A stretch of DNA of 64,000 nucleotides from positions 59,773-123,772 of the forward strand of contig JAQGDQ010000629.1 in assembly GCA_030141605.1 (NCBI GenBank), read 5' to 3'. The notes under the pieces are model-generated. The model worked only from the letters and a program-made list of their open reading frames with translations, made no database searches and had not been told where the DNA came from. The translations under genes were made by a program, and so were the position numbers. Positions 38,791-52,634 of the stretch are shown here, in pieces; the first letter of the stretch is position 1, and each line of letters begins with the position of its first letter. The DNA is from Tubiluchus corallicola (lineage: Eukaryota > Animalia > Priapulida).

Positions 38791-41700
38791 TATTGGATAG
38801 TATTTACCAATTTTCCTCTTCTCCTAGATGTCAAAAACTGATGAAAAATCTTGGTTAAATTAGTTCAAATAAAGCAAAAAATTTCGTTTACGTAACAGTT
38901 TGTGACATGCTTTTACCGGCAATGCGGCACATCTTCAGTGCTGACGACTGTGAAGTTTTATGGTCTCCAGGCCCAGCAGGTACCATTTTTAAAGTCTTTG
39001 ATATTACCCGGCCGCCGTATCGAACTCACGACCTCTTAGACAGAAAGCGAACGCATTACCACTAAACTAAACCGTCTGGTCGAGACGGTCAATAATTGCT
39101 CATTATTGACACGGTTGGTGTATGTCCAATATTTTTATTTAAATTTATTGAAAATTATTAAAATTACAAGATAAAATCAAATAAAAAATAATAATAAAGA
39201 TGTGGATGTCTACACACTAGTACTATATAGTAATTGTTCACACCACGTACACTTTACTATTCGTTACCGTTTTCGTTTAATTACAGAAAAACAATCTGTA
39301 AAGCAAAACCGGATCCAATCTTAAACTGTAGGTCAAAACAATCTACTTTTTAAAATATTGAAAGGAAACATACCATTTTTTTCAAAAATGACTTACATGA
39401 AAGAATTATTACCACACAAGCACAATTTCACGTTTGCGCCACTAGTTCTTCGCTATTACATGCATTTCGCCTTTCGCTAGTTAGACGGGCACTAGTGCCT
39501 GCATTTCGGAAGCGTGTTGCACAAAAAACAGGTGCTGTTCCTCTCAGTTTAGATATGTTAGTTTGTGACGTACTACATACGTTCGACACCTCATGCGTGA
39601 GCACAGCGGTAAATCTTAAATTTGAATTTTTATCTTAAAAGTTGCCTAGTTTTAGCACAACACACTAAATACCTTACAGTATCACTGTACTTTAATTTTC
39701 TCTTTTGCAAACACGTGCAACACGCGTGTTTTAGTCTTGATAAAGCCAGGCTGACAGTTGAGTCCCCTGCGTCAAGATGATACACTCAAGAGATAATAGA
39801 TTAAACGAAAACTCATATAATTTGTAGACGTAATTTGATTTGTTTTATTTATTCCTTGGAGTTTTCAAGTATTATTATTTTAATTTGTAAACTGCGTAGG
39901 CGGGCTATAAGCACTCGTATGCCTTGGCGGGCTTCCTGAAGAGTTACAGTAAAAAACGCTAAGAGAAACAAGAAAAAAGCTCAAAAGAATGTAAAAATAA
40001 CACACTTGCGTTCCATATTTTACACGGAAACGTTAGCAGATGTATACTGAAAATACCGTTGCAACAAAGTGGAAATAGAATGTTTGCGCCAAATTGAACG
40101 ATGTCATTCGAAGTAAGATATTACGCAAAAATGCAGTAGTTCTGTGTAATTATGCAGAAAATTTAAATCTACATTGAGTGTCACCTAGCCTGGTCTGTAC
40201 ATTACGAAAAAGAGAGACAAAGAAGGAAGAAATTTCTACAGTTCACTCAAAATTTCCGTTATTCTAGCATTGTATTTAACTGTGTTTATGTAAAAATTAG
40301 TCATTGGATCAATTATGACCAAGTTTAAAGTGGTTACATTGCTTTAATCCACAGGATTAGCGTAAAATGTGTACGTTGTGCATATTAATTGTGTAAGTGC
40401 AATTAATTGACAGACTTTTGTTGACTTTCAGATACACATGTAAACTTGCGAGCATATAGTACCGGATAGGTTACTTAGTTTATAGAGTTCGCTCTATTTA
40501 TTATTATTATTAATTTTTATTTTTCATTAAAATGGTTCACTCATTATAATAAAATTGAGTAAGCCTCAGCGTAATGTTAAGATAACAACACTGTTCAAGA
40601 CAAATGCGTCCAGTGCAGACTAAAAAAAACTAAAGTGCAAAACTAAGGCCTGATTATATACAATAAATGGCCATATTTACAAACACCATATTAAAATATT
40701 TTTACAAAACAATATTACAAAAGTACATTAAATTTTACATGACATATTTTACACTATATATGTACTACATCTAAACTCCAGAACATCCAAATATGTTTAA
40801 TATGCAGCAATTGTCGTTTTATCTGTAATAATAAATTACAGCAATTTATGCGAACAATATAAGTTTGATACAGGTAAATTACTAAATTAGGTTACGTTAT
40901 TTTCGTCTATAATTATACAAAAAAAATAACAGCGAAATAGCCTTAATTGTATAAAGCAGTTCAATAAAGATAATTAGACACTTACATGTGGTCTCCCTGA
41001 GTTTTGGCACGTATAACTTGCAAAAAAACAAAAAACGATAGAAATCACTTCACAACATTCACATCATATCAACTTGAATTGCATACCAGGTATGTCTCCC
41101 TGGCCAACTACCTGGTCCCATGACTGATGGCAGTTAAAGGGGCAAGACCAAATTTCACAGGTAAGGAAACGTGTATGTACATAACAATATATACATTTGA
41201 CGTGACACAATTAACTGAAACATGCTTTACATCACATAAATTTCACTCATTACATTTACACTATTTATACATTTGACATTAAAGAACTAACATAACACGT
41301 ATTACATTACATAATTAACATTCTTAATCGTTTTATGGAGTCATGGGCGGGTGTAGATGAAAGCTGAGTCTGTGTAATTAGTATCCGATGCATAATCTGG
41401 AAGTTGAAACCTGTTATGTTGATATTCTTTTAATTTCGTTTTAGTGGTGGAGAGATTCTATTTGTTTTGTTTCACTGGGTAGTAAGTTCCATAAATGTAT
41501 GGCCTGTTTTGATACAGAGTTCTTTCCAAATTTATTGTTTACTGTAATTTGCTTTAAATTGTGTGTTCTATTGTTTAAAGTGGTATAACCATTAGTCTGG
41601 TATAACCATTTAACTATGAGCCAAAAGAGATTCTGAAGCACCTAGCGAGATAAGTGTTTATATTGCACAGAAACCGGATGACGCCATTTTCGTCTAAAAT

Positions 41701-42649
41701 GAGCGCGCCCAAGTGTGAAGTAACGCCGACTTTAAATTAAAATTATTAATTACACGAGATGCTTATCACAATTTTATTTCTGAAACTTTCTAACATTACT
41801 CTCAAGTAGTAGACTAAGCTCGACTTCTCAAGAGACTTGGCTTTTGCTTTAAATGTATACAAAGGTTGGAAGTTGAGACGTACGGTCCAGGATATAGGAT
41901 AGTATAAGTTGTAGCCTAGGACCCCTTAAGCTTTCGTAATATTTAGCTTAAAATCTATTTTCTCACTACGGTGAAATATATGTAATAAATAGCAAAATAG
42001 TGGTGTTTCTTAAAGAACGTCTTTATTGACAAACGAAAGATAGTTATTCTAGTTTATTTGGAGAATTTGCATTAAGTTTACGTAAAGCACAAGAAAAGCC
42101 TCCACTTGCATTCGTCTTGAAATTTTATATTACTTACATACTGCGTTTTTGCATGCAGGGCTTGCGTCGGCAGTAACGCTGTATAAAACATGTAAATTTT
42201 AACTTTATGAATAAAAATGTTTGTACTTACGAGTATAAGAAGTCAATCGTTCGAACCTTTTTAACATTTTAAAAGAATTGAAAAGCAACGGCAAACTGTT
42301 GGAGAAATTGGGGCACTTAATTTATGTCAGATCTAAATGTTTCTGGATATTGAACAGTAAAATTTTAATAATAATAAAATTTACTTATATTGCTCTTTGC
42401 AATAAAACTGTTAAAAGTGTATACAAAAATAAGTGCATAAAACCTATCCTACCATCTTAACGAAAAAATCTCAAAAATCTGAAAATTAGATACTGATAAT
42501 AAATAATGTAATGACATTTCATATATACATTTCATTTTATATAACATTTTCTCGTAAAAGCAAATTCATCTTAAAATATATACACAATAAAGCATGTAAA
42601 CATTAGTCGAACTAGCTGCTCTAAAATATTCAGTTTCCAGAATTTTGGA

Positions 42650-43585
42650 GTAATCGAAGTAATCGAAATGAACAACATAATCGAACTTATGCTTGGAATT
42701 AATCGAAATAATCAATATAATCGTACTAATGGTTGAACTAATCACAATAATCCACACAATCGAACTAGTGGTTGGAACTAATCTAAAATCAACATAATCG
42801 AACTAATGGTTGGAACTAATCAAAATAATCAACACAATCGAACTAGTGGTTAGAACTAATCAAAATAATCAACACAATCGAACTAGTGGTTGGAACTAAT
42901 CGAATTAATCGAAATAATGAGCATAATTAAACCAGAGGTTGGAATTAATTGAGTTAATCAAAATAATCATTGTAATCGAACTAATTGTTTGAACTAATCG
43001 AAATAATCAACATAATCGAACTAGTGGCTGGAACTAATCGAAACAATAAATATAATCGAACTAATGGTTGGAACTAATCAAAATAATCAACACAATCGAA
43101 CTAGTGGTTAGAACTAATCAAAATAATCAACACAATCGAACTAGTGGTTGGAACTAATCGAAATAATGAGCATAATTAAACCAGAGGTTGGAATTAATTG
43201 AGTTAATCAAAATAATCATTGTAATCGAACTAATTGTTTGAACTAATCGAAATAATCAACATAATCGAACTAGTGGCTGGAACTAATCGAAACAATAAAT
43301 ATAATCGAACTAGTGGCTGGAACTAGTCGAATTAATCGAAATAATCGATGTTATCGAACTAATGGTTGAAACTAATCGAAATAATCAACATAATCGTACT
43401 AATGGTTGGAGCTAATAGTAATAATCAACATCATCGAACTAGTTGTTGGAATTAATCGAAATAATCAACATAATCGAACTAATGGCTGGAACTAATCGAA
43501 ATAATCCATATAATCGAACTAGTTGTTGGAATTAATCGAAACAATAAACATAATCGAACTAGTGGCTGGAACTAATCGAAATAAA
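42650..43585. repeat. About 40-bp satellite (AATCGAACTAGTGGTTGGAACTAATCGAAATAATCAAC) with higher-order duplication
   Basis: Direct reading. Confidence 0.9.
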
Positions 43586-44279
43586 CTAGCTGATGACCTT
43601 CAGGAGATTGTCTAATGTCTAAGCATTAAAATGGCATTGATCAGTAAAGAAAAACTTCCGGTTTCCTTGTAAAAACTTCCGTTCAATGTAAACAAGATTT
43701 GCATAAATTTCTAATAATCTTGAAGCCGAGTTTAGCTTCGTTACGCATGGAGAAGGGATGCGGAAGCCAGTTTTTCACTTGCTGTGGCGAAATTAAATTT
43801 TGTTTGGAGTAGGGTTTCACGCGTTCTCAAGCGTCTTGATAAATTTCACACCCGCATCATAGAAAATTCATAAATAATTCACAAATTTCTTCGTGGAGTG
43901 TAATTTATATCAGCCCGACGAGCAGTCAAAATGCCATAATTTCAAATTCTTGCTAGCAGTGATTTATGACAGGCATGTGTTGGACGTTTTGTTCACTTAA
44001 TCCAGCAATAATGAAATAATGAACTACGATGAAATGACCATAATGTGTGATGAGTTACGACGTAGTTAATTTTGTAAAAGATTGCTCGAGTCGTTAGTCA
44101 TCGAATATTGCGTGTAGATCGAATGCGAACTTAAGTGGTATGATTGGCTGGTCAGCTGGTAGAACAACTGGTTATTGGTAGGTCGTTTGGCTAGTTGATC
44201 AGTTGGTTGGTTTTTTGCTTTCTTTTTGTCTAGATTTTATTTTTTATTTTTATTTCACTTTGTTGTGTTTTGTTTTATC

Positions 44280-44790
44280 CTATTCTGTCTTGTCCAGTCA
44301 GCCTAGTCCGTTCTGTCCTGTCCTGTCCTGTCCTGTCCTGTCCTGTAGTGCTGTCATGCCATGCCATGTCTTGTCTTGTCGCCCCATCCCGTTTTGTCCT
44401 GTCGTCTTATTCTGTCCTGTCCTATCCTGTCCTGTCCTGTCCTGTCCTGTTCTGTGCTGTGCTGTGCTGTCCTGTCCTGTAGTCCTGTCATGCCATGTCT
44501 TGTCCTGTCGTCCCATCCCGTTGTGTCCTGTCGTCTTATTCTGTCCTGTCTTGTCCTGTAGTTCTGCCATGCACATCCTGTCCTGTCCTGTCCTATTTTT
44601 CTCTAATTTCTTCTCCTTTCATTTTGTGTCTCTTTTCTATTATTTCTTTTCTGTTCTTCTATTTTCGTCTCTAGTCTCGTCTTTCCTCTCCTCTCCTCTC
44701 CTCTCCTCTCCTCTCCTCTCCTCTCCTCTCCTCTCCTCTCCTCTCCTCTCCTCTCCTCTCCTCTCTTCTCTTCTCCTCGCCTCTCTCTAC
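44280..44790. repeat. (TGTCC)n and (TCTCC)n simple repeats
   Basis: Direct reading. Confidence 0.92.
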
Positions 44791-45024
44791 TGTATGTAGT
44801 TTCTTTCCATTCCAGTACATTCTGTATAGATTACCGTACTAAAAAACTTACATGTTCATTGCTCTGACTCCTTGGTTTGTATTTATCAGATTAAAGCTAA
44901 AATGTCTACATCTCTGATCAGTTTATTACATTAATTGCTTTAAAACTTTTTAGGTTTAAGAGGAAACGTGCAATATGTGAACACCAAACGTATGACTTGA
45001 GGCTTGCAGATAATCACTAAAGCC

Positions 45025-45151
45025 ATGTCCACACAAAACCTATCCACACTTGAACGGGTTTACCCGCCACGCAAGTACAGCATTCTTGAAATACCAACTA
45101 GACCAGGTGCACAATTAGAAGCCAGAAAGTGGAGCAACTCTTCCAGCTCGG
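45025..45151 (+). CDS. UNC93A: UNC-93 family protein, first coding exon (MSTQNLSTLERVYPPRKYSILEIPTRPGAQLEARKWSNSSSS-G); the exon begins at 44954
   Basis: TTTTTAG acceptor ending at 44953, AGCCATG start after an in-frame TGA, G|GTAAGC donor; phase 1 matches the next exon; RKYSI motif shared with the next exon. Confidence 0.75.
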
Positions 45152-45951
45152 GTAAGCATTGTTGTCTTTGGAGATATCGTTGCCATGACCATTACCGTAT
45201 TTGTTGTGGTTATTGTCGTCATCATAAATGTTTGGTTGAAGAAGTTTTGTGTTCCTTGCTTTCAAATAGCCACATATTTTAGCATCTATGATTTAATTTT
45301 TTTATTTTTATTATTCATTTTGCACCTTTAAGAGCACATAGCAATATAACAAATGTAAACAGCTAAATTTATAAAAGGAAGGGAAGGATATAGGAAAGAG
45401 AAGATGAGTGCCAGAAAATATCAGTTGATTCATTAGATTATAACTCTGACTGCCAGAATATCGTTTATTTCACAACAATTTTTACCCATTGCGTGTAATG
45501 AGTTGAAGAAAGGAGATGCTGAATAGTTGTGAACCAGTCAGGCTTGAACCTGAAACTCTGGGATTAGATCTCTCATGCTCTGCCATCTGTTGCCATTTCC
45601 GATAAGGCCCGAGATTTCATACATGTTGCGTCCGCCATCCGACAGCACCACCTTTACCCATATCACAGTAGAGGGATGCTTATGACATTCAAATTCAAAA
45701 TTCAATTTTTTTTCAAATTCAAAAAATATTTTATTGATTTAACATACATCATAATCACATTAGTTTTGAAATACAATATATAATCAGAAAAGTAGAAAAA
45801 ATAACTTTACTTGTTTTTTAATTAGCTGGCAATTTACGATATCATTAATTAGATTTTGATTAGGAATGCCAGACTGTCGGTTGACCTAATGGTTTTTTCG
45901 CAACCATTTTTATGAATTACTTCAGATTAACAAGTGATGTTTTTCTTGTAG

Positions 45952-47363
45952 GCGATGGTCAACCCAGGCGCAAGTACTCAATCGCTGGACTGTACGATCA
46001 CAACCTTCCAATTCGAAAACTCAGTGGTAACTCTGATTATGGACCTCGACGAAAACTCAGCACAGTCGATCACAACAACCTTCTGCGCTTGTCGCCTAGA
46101 AGAGTCAGTGCTGTCCAACGGACTTCCCTTATTGGTTCGATTGAAGAATCGCCCTTGTCATCCCCCAAAACGTCGGTATGCTCCAACTCTAGAAAAATCA
46201 GCTTGAGAATGGACAGCAAGATCAGCATTCCCACGAAAGACAGCGGAACTGTTGACTTACATCTGGACTTGGGTGACATCATGCTACCTTTAGGGAAGCG
46301 TGGCCGCAGTGCCTCCTGTTATGGCGCATACCTTCCTCACGCAATAAGCATCAATGGTGATGTCATAAAAGTCCACCAGAGGGAGCCAGAGGTGAAAAAC
46401 AAGTTGCATGGCTCCTTTTCACAGCAGGTGAAGCATTTGAAGAACTTGCTGGTTCTGGCTGCTTCCTTTGCGTGCACATTTACGGGATTCCATGCGTTGC
46501 GTTGCCACCACAGTAGCTTGACCGACTGCGGTGTCACCTCTTTGGCAACATTCTACGCTTCCATGGCTATCGGTGGCTTCTTCAGTTCTGTGATAACGAC
46601 AAAGTTGAAACCCAAGTGGACGATTGTCATCAGTTTTATATTCTACAGTTGTTACTTTTCAGCCAATCTGCATCCGACTGCGTATACAATGATGCCCACA
46701 TCGGTTCTGTCGGGGTTAATGTCCGGTCCCTTGTGGAACGCCCAAACTCTGTACCTGTACTCCACTTCTCGCAAGTACGCGTTCCTGACCGAAGAGGCAC
46801 CGGAACGAATTCTGAATCGGTTCAACCGAATATTCAGTTCAATCTTTCACAGCAGTTTGGTAATCGGTAACCTCATATCATTCTTGGTGTACTCCCAAAG
46901 TGTGAAAATTCTTCTTCCAAGTGCATTTGAACTGACCTCAAGTGATAATCAGGCTGCAAATCTAACTTCTCCATTGCAGCAAACTGATGACAGTCGTATT
47001 AAAGATGTTGGCAGTGGTCATGGTATTAATCTCTCATGTGGCGCATATCCATGTACATTCTCTGAAACGACGCCACCTGTGGAAAACATGGATTATATTC
47101 TAGCCAATGAAAATCACCCTTTGAACAGTGGTATTGTTATTGTCAGCGTATTCATTGGTTGTGGTCTATTGGGTATTGCTCTGAGCACAGCTATGTTGGA
47201 TCGGTTGGAACCGAACATACGGGAACCGCCCAGACAAAGGAATTTAGTGAGGTTATTGATTCGAATGAGCAAGACAATACACGATGGACGAGTGTTGTGT
47301 TTGTCAGTACTCATGTTTTTTACTGGAGTCGAACAAGGATTTTTGTTTGCGGATTTTACTAAG
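45952..47363 (+). CDS. UNC93A: UNC-93 family (UNC93A-like, MFS fold) membrane protein, large coding exon; the gene continues 3' (later exons not found)
   Basis: 502-aa ORF with KNLLVLAASF..FTGF, SANLHPTAYTMMPTSVLSGL..GPLWNAQ..YL, VIGNLIS and GVEQGFLFADFTK, all typical of UNC-93; TTCTTGTAG acceptor and AAG|GTAAGA donor. Symbol denotes family similarity; orthology untested. Confidence 0.92.
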
Positions 47364-48003
47364 GTAAGACTACTGAGCTTGAGCATGTGGTATCATTGCA
47401 AAACCTGTTATGTACTATAAAGGACACACATGTAGGAAAGTTGAATTATCATTGCAGTGACACATGTGTGTGTGGATGCGAGGCCCATATATGTTTTAAC
47501 GGCCTCTGAATGCAAAAGAACCGAGTTCGAGTCTCAGTTGTGACATATAATTTTTCAGGATTTCTAATTTCTTTTGCCTAAAGGCAAATTATTTTCCTCT
47601 TTTTTGCTGCATATTGTTTCGATTTTTTTCTATTTTTTCTTGATCGTGGTCATCTTGTTACTTCATTTTGAAGAGCCGAGAATCGTTCATGTTTTTGAAA
47701 AGCATTTGTTAGTAACAATTGGTTGATTCATTCTGATGCGAACTAACTATTATAATTGTGTTGGCTCATTGACCCTCAATGCACTCAAGATGTAACAGGT
47801 ACAACAGGCCTATCATATAGAACAACTGTCCCACAGTAGACCTACGTTTGACCCTAAGCACCCGGAAACGTAGACTTGAATTGAATTTATTGATTAACAG
47901 GGACAAAGCATATTAATAATAAAACATCACATACAAAGTTGTAAAGAGTTAGTCAAAATTAAAAAAAACAATATCGGTAATGAAGAGCCTAAATGGTCAC
48001 ATA

Positions 48004-48430
48004 CAGGGTTCCCGCGGTCAAGAAAAATCCTTGAAAATACAGGCTATCCTGGAAGGTTATTGAAAAGTCAGGGAAAAGGATAATTTGGTAAAAAATCAGG
48101 GAAAGTGGTGAAAATTGGGCGAAAAGTCAGGGAAATTGGAAAAGGTTGCAAAAATAATCACCAAGAACCGATATTTTTCCAAACATATTTTTCAGCCATT
48201 CATGTTCAAATAAAATTTTGCTATGGCAGGTTCCCAGTTTCAATTTGTGCTCCAAAAGTAACAATTGGCCGACATATTATATATATCAGTATATGTATGA
48301 ACGTCCATACACAAAAATGTTTGAATATGTTTACTGGTAATGCAATTTCTGCTTGTCTTGGTCATGAAAAATCAATATTTGGTCAGGGAAAAGTCTGGGA
48401 AATTTATTTTAAAATTCTGTGGGAACCCTG
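48004..48430. mobile_element. MITE with CAGGGTTCCC TIR (hAT-like)
   Basis: Terminal inverted repeats; imperfect 8-bp flanks GTCACATA/CACACATA. Confidence 0.65.
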
Positions 48431-51400
48431 CACACATAAAAACACAGGCTCACAATAAACGAAGTGATCACAGGCTCACAATGAATGAAGTGATCACATT
48501 CTCACAATGAATGAAGTGATCACAGGCTCACAATGAACGATGTGATCACAACAAAATCATATCAGGTAGCTAAAATATAAAAAGAATGACAAATATAGCA
48601 GTCAATTAAAATAAATAACTAAATTTTGTAAGACTTATTTGTAGACAACTGTAGGATGAAATAATATGAACAGATTGCTCAGTTTTTAAATGAATGTTGA
48701 TTTAGATAAAAATTTAATCTAAAACACCGGGCGCCGCTTAATAGACTCACTTTGGGACCGAAGTGTCTTGACCCAATTAACCGGTTGAATCAATTAGCCA
48801 ACGGGTGTAGTGTATTACAGTAGTCGCTGCTGATAGCTGACTCACTTTGGGACCGAAGTGTTTTGACCCAATTAACCGACTGAACCTATTAACCGTTGGG
48901 TGTAATATTACTGGTATAGAAGTATGATTCATCAGCTTAGTATGCACTGCAAAGGTTTTTAAGGAATTTTAGACATGAAGTGATGCCCAAATTCCTTTGT
49001 GCAGTTAAAAATTAGGAAAAAATATTAATTTATATAAGTGATTTAGCAATGAATTAAAAGGTATATCTTTCTAAATCATACAAGTCTGTTTATTTGCAAA
49101 AGTTATAAAAATTCCTTCGAAGTCAGTTGCTTCATTTTATCGCGAAGAAGTTGATAAAAACGTTGAAAATCTGTCGTTGTATGATGCACAAATTACCTAC
49201 TCTATCATATAGTTTCAATGTTTGCGTTACTGCATTTATACTCCTCGTAACTGCACAAAATATTAAGTTATTTAAAAGCCGCTTATATAAAGTCAACTTG
49301 CATAAAATCCTTGTACACAATAAACACATGTAAGCAGTTAATCTCTATGTCTTTACCACATTTTTGTAAATATTGTATTTGTATGTTTTTTGCCGACGTG
49401 TTTTGTATTATATTGTTTTTATTATAGACTGTATTTTACTATTGAGTGTGAATAAACTAAAATGAATAGAAATTAAAAAAATAAACATGGACCAGCTTTA
49501 CGATTACTTGTTTCTCAAATGATAAGACTAAAGCATTAATTAATTCTTTTGCATTTGATAGAATTTTCTATTTTTGTGCTTTCGTTTGTGGCCTGACATC
49601 TTGCCAACGATCTTGCATAGTTTACCTATTTATCTTTTTGACGATCCTCTGCTTCTTCAAGAAACGGAGCACTTCTGCTAAGTGCATTATTATGGATTTT
49701 AGTTTACATCCTCATCGTGGATCCGCCTCTAATTTTTCACGCTTTGAGTCATTTGCTTCGCAAATTCGCTGCGATCCAATCTAACAGCGACAATTGTGAC
49801 TCGAGTGAATCCATCATGGCGGCATTTTTTTAATTACTGAAAGATGCGAATTGAGGTAATCATTATTCGATGAAGCTGTCAACAATTTGTGAGGATGATG
49901 CAGCTGCACGGATGAAGATGCGGCGCTCCTGCTGCCGTACCATTAATGATGAATAGGGCTTTTATCGCGAAAACGCAAAATTTTGATTCTTTATTCCCGA
50001 TGTTCTTGTGAGATTGTATAAATAATTAATTCACGTGAAAGGAAATTTGTGTCGAAATGGAAATTAAAAATTTATTTTTGACGACATTTTGTTCCATGCA
50101 ATACTATGGTATTAAAACTGGCGAGACTTGGTGGGATCTGCCTATTATCTGTCTGATTTCCAAATAAATTTTTTAATGGAAATTCTTCAAGGAATACAGG
50201 ACGATTTTCCATATTCTATCCCATTTTGAAATACAGTAAGTCCTCACTTAACGACTCCCCGTTTAGCGACGTTTCGTTTTAACGACGCTGAACATTTGAC
50301 ACCTTTTAAGCAAGCAGAATGAAGTTAATTAGTAAAACGTTTAATTCATATGATTTAAGCAGCATTGATTTTTGCCTCTGGAACGTATCTCAATTCTTTT
50401 ACTTTACTTTCTATGGAAGTTTTGGTTTCGTTTAACGACGTTTCACGTCTAGCTGAAATGCATTAGTGTCGTTAAGCGAGGACTTACTGTATACATTATA
50501 ACACCTACAATAATGTCAAACTGTTTCTGGTAATTAAGTAATAAGTTAAAAACTTAATTAAAGGAAGACCAAACGATTGTTTAGACTCAATCTCATTTTA
50601 ATTTACTATCCAAAATATACATTTTAGTGCCTACAAAAGTTAGCGATTGTTTCTTATATTTGAATAATTAGCTCAGAAAGTTAATTAACGGCAACCGAAC
50701 ACAGCTATTACTTACGTCAGAAATTAACCACGTTTGTGCAATGGCAGGCGTCTTCCCTTGCGCATCAAACACATTTACATAAGTGTTACAGTAGTGTTCA
50801 AACGCATGATGTCACGATAAATGAGCTTTCCATGACGTCAGAAACTAACACAGCAGTACATGATCATGGTTATCACGGTACCGCCTTCTATTTGTCAGCC
50901 ACGCGCACGTTACAAAAAGGTACTGCTGCCAATTTAGTAGATTCACTGAGCCGCGTGTAGCTTTAAAAGTTTAACGAAATTTGAGTATCCGAGGTAATTA
51001 TTATTTAATCTAAGCTTTGATATAAAAAAGCTATTGTAGTTTTCAATAGTTTAGAGCATTTTTATTCTGAACTCGTGCTTACACAATCATCCGGTTTTCT
51101 TTTAAGAGCAGGCGAGGACAACTATTGATGACATCACAAACTAACATAATTTTCAACAGCACAAACATTCCGTGAGCGTGTTGCACGTGTTTGCGAAAGT
51201 GAAAATTGAAGTACAGTGCTACTGTGCAACATTCAGTGTGATATACAAAAACTCAACAGAGTTTAAATTTAAAATTCAAGCTTCAAGTTCACGTATGAAT
51301 TCTCGAACGTATGGTCGATATGACAACCGAACACTTCTGAACCATTGAGCTCACGCATGAGCTGTTGAATTATGTGTAGTACTTCACAAACGAACACATA

Positions 51401-51656
51401 TGAACTGAGAGTTACAGCACCTGCTTTTTGTGTAATGCATTTCCGAGATACAAGCGCTAGTGCCCATTGAACTAGCAAATGCTGAAATGCATGTAACAGC
51501 GCGAATGCAAAATTGCGTTTCTATGGTAATAATTCTTTCATATTATGGTAATAATATGTCAAGTCACTCTTGAAAAAATAGTATGTTTCCTTTAAATATT
51601 TTATAGGGAGATTATTTTGAGTCAGTACAGAAGATTGTAACAAAAATCTTCTTTGC

Positions 51657-51720
51657 ATTGTTGTTGTTGTTGTTGTTGTTGCTGCTGCTGCTGCTGCTGC
51701 TGTTGTTGTTGTTGTTGTTG

Positions 51721-51751
<31 letters not shown>

Positions 51752-51865
51752 TGTTGGTGTTGGTGAGTGTTGCTGCTGCTGCTGTTGTTGTTGTTGTTGT
51801 TGCTGCTGTTGCTACTTTTGCTGTTACTGCTACTGTTGTTGCTGCTGCTGTTGCTGCTGCTGTTA
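51657..51865. repeat. (TGT/TGC)n microsatellite
   Basis: Direct reading. Confidence 0.95.
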
Positions 51866-51969
51866 ATGAGTCATTTTTGAAAAAATAGTATATTTCCTTT
51901 CAGTATTTTAAAGAGTAGATTGTTTTGATCTTTGACCTACAGTTTAAGATTGGGTCCGGTTTTGCTTTA

Positions 51970-52634
51970 AGGACAAGAAAATGGTACCTGAATTAGGTTT
52001 CAGAAAAATCGTCTTAAAAATTTTATTAGTTTATGTCGATTTTATGCATATATGGTATTCGTGTAGCAAGGATTTTTTTGTTTGTTTTCATTTTAAATCT
52101 CCCACAATACTGTTCCGACCGCACCATTACATGACGTCATACACACACAACGTAAATCAGGGGAAGAAAAGGAAGGTTAAACTATGTCCCAAAAAACTTT
52201 CCGTGCAAAGTTCTATTACTTAACACTTCGCTGCTTGAAAGACTTGTGTAACTAGAAAAGAAAATGGTTAATTATTTGAATTCTTTTCACCAATTGGTGA
52301 AATGTCGTTGACTCACCCTCCAGGGTGCGCCTCTCACTAAGCAAAAAACGTATTTTTAATCTTATTGACAAGATACAGTAATTTTAAGTTTTATTTAGTT
52401 ACTGACTTGTGCGCTACGAATGCTCTGATTATTTTTTCAAACTTTATTCAGTGCTATCTAAACGTGTTTCAAATGACTTATCGTCAAAATGGCTGCGTCT
52501 AACGATCGTCGCGGGAGTTTAAATTTACATGTTTTATACAGAGTTACTGCCGAAGCGAGCTCTGTATGCAAAAACGCAGTATGTAACTAATATAAAATTT
52601 CAAGACGAATGTAAGTGGAGGTTTTTCTTGTGCT
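51970..52634 (+). mobile_element. Kolobok-like MITE family A
   Basis: Same termini and body; its 3' part plus flank recurs inverted at 41915-42203. Confidence 0.7.

Noticed and set aside
45912-45951. ORF-track start MNYFRL.. and read-through VRLLSLSM.. at 47364-47420
   Set aside because: These lie outside clear splice sites (TTGTAG ending 45951, GTAAGA starting 47364) and are intronic.
45510-47560. tRNA genes at about 45520-45590 and 47470-47545
   Set aside because: Only degenerate B-box-like motifs, no cloverleaf; probably old SINE heads.
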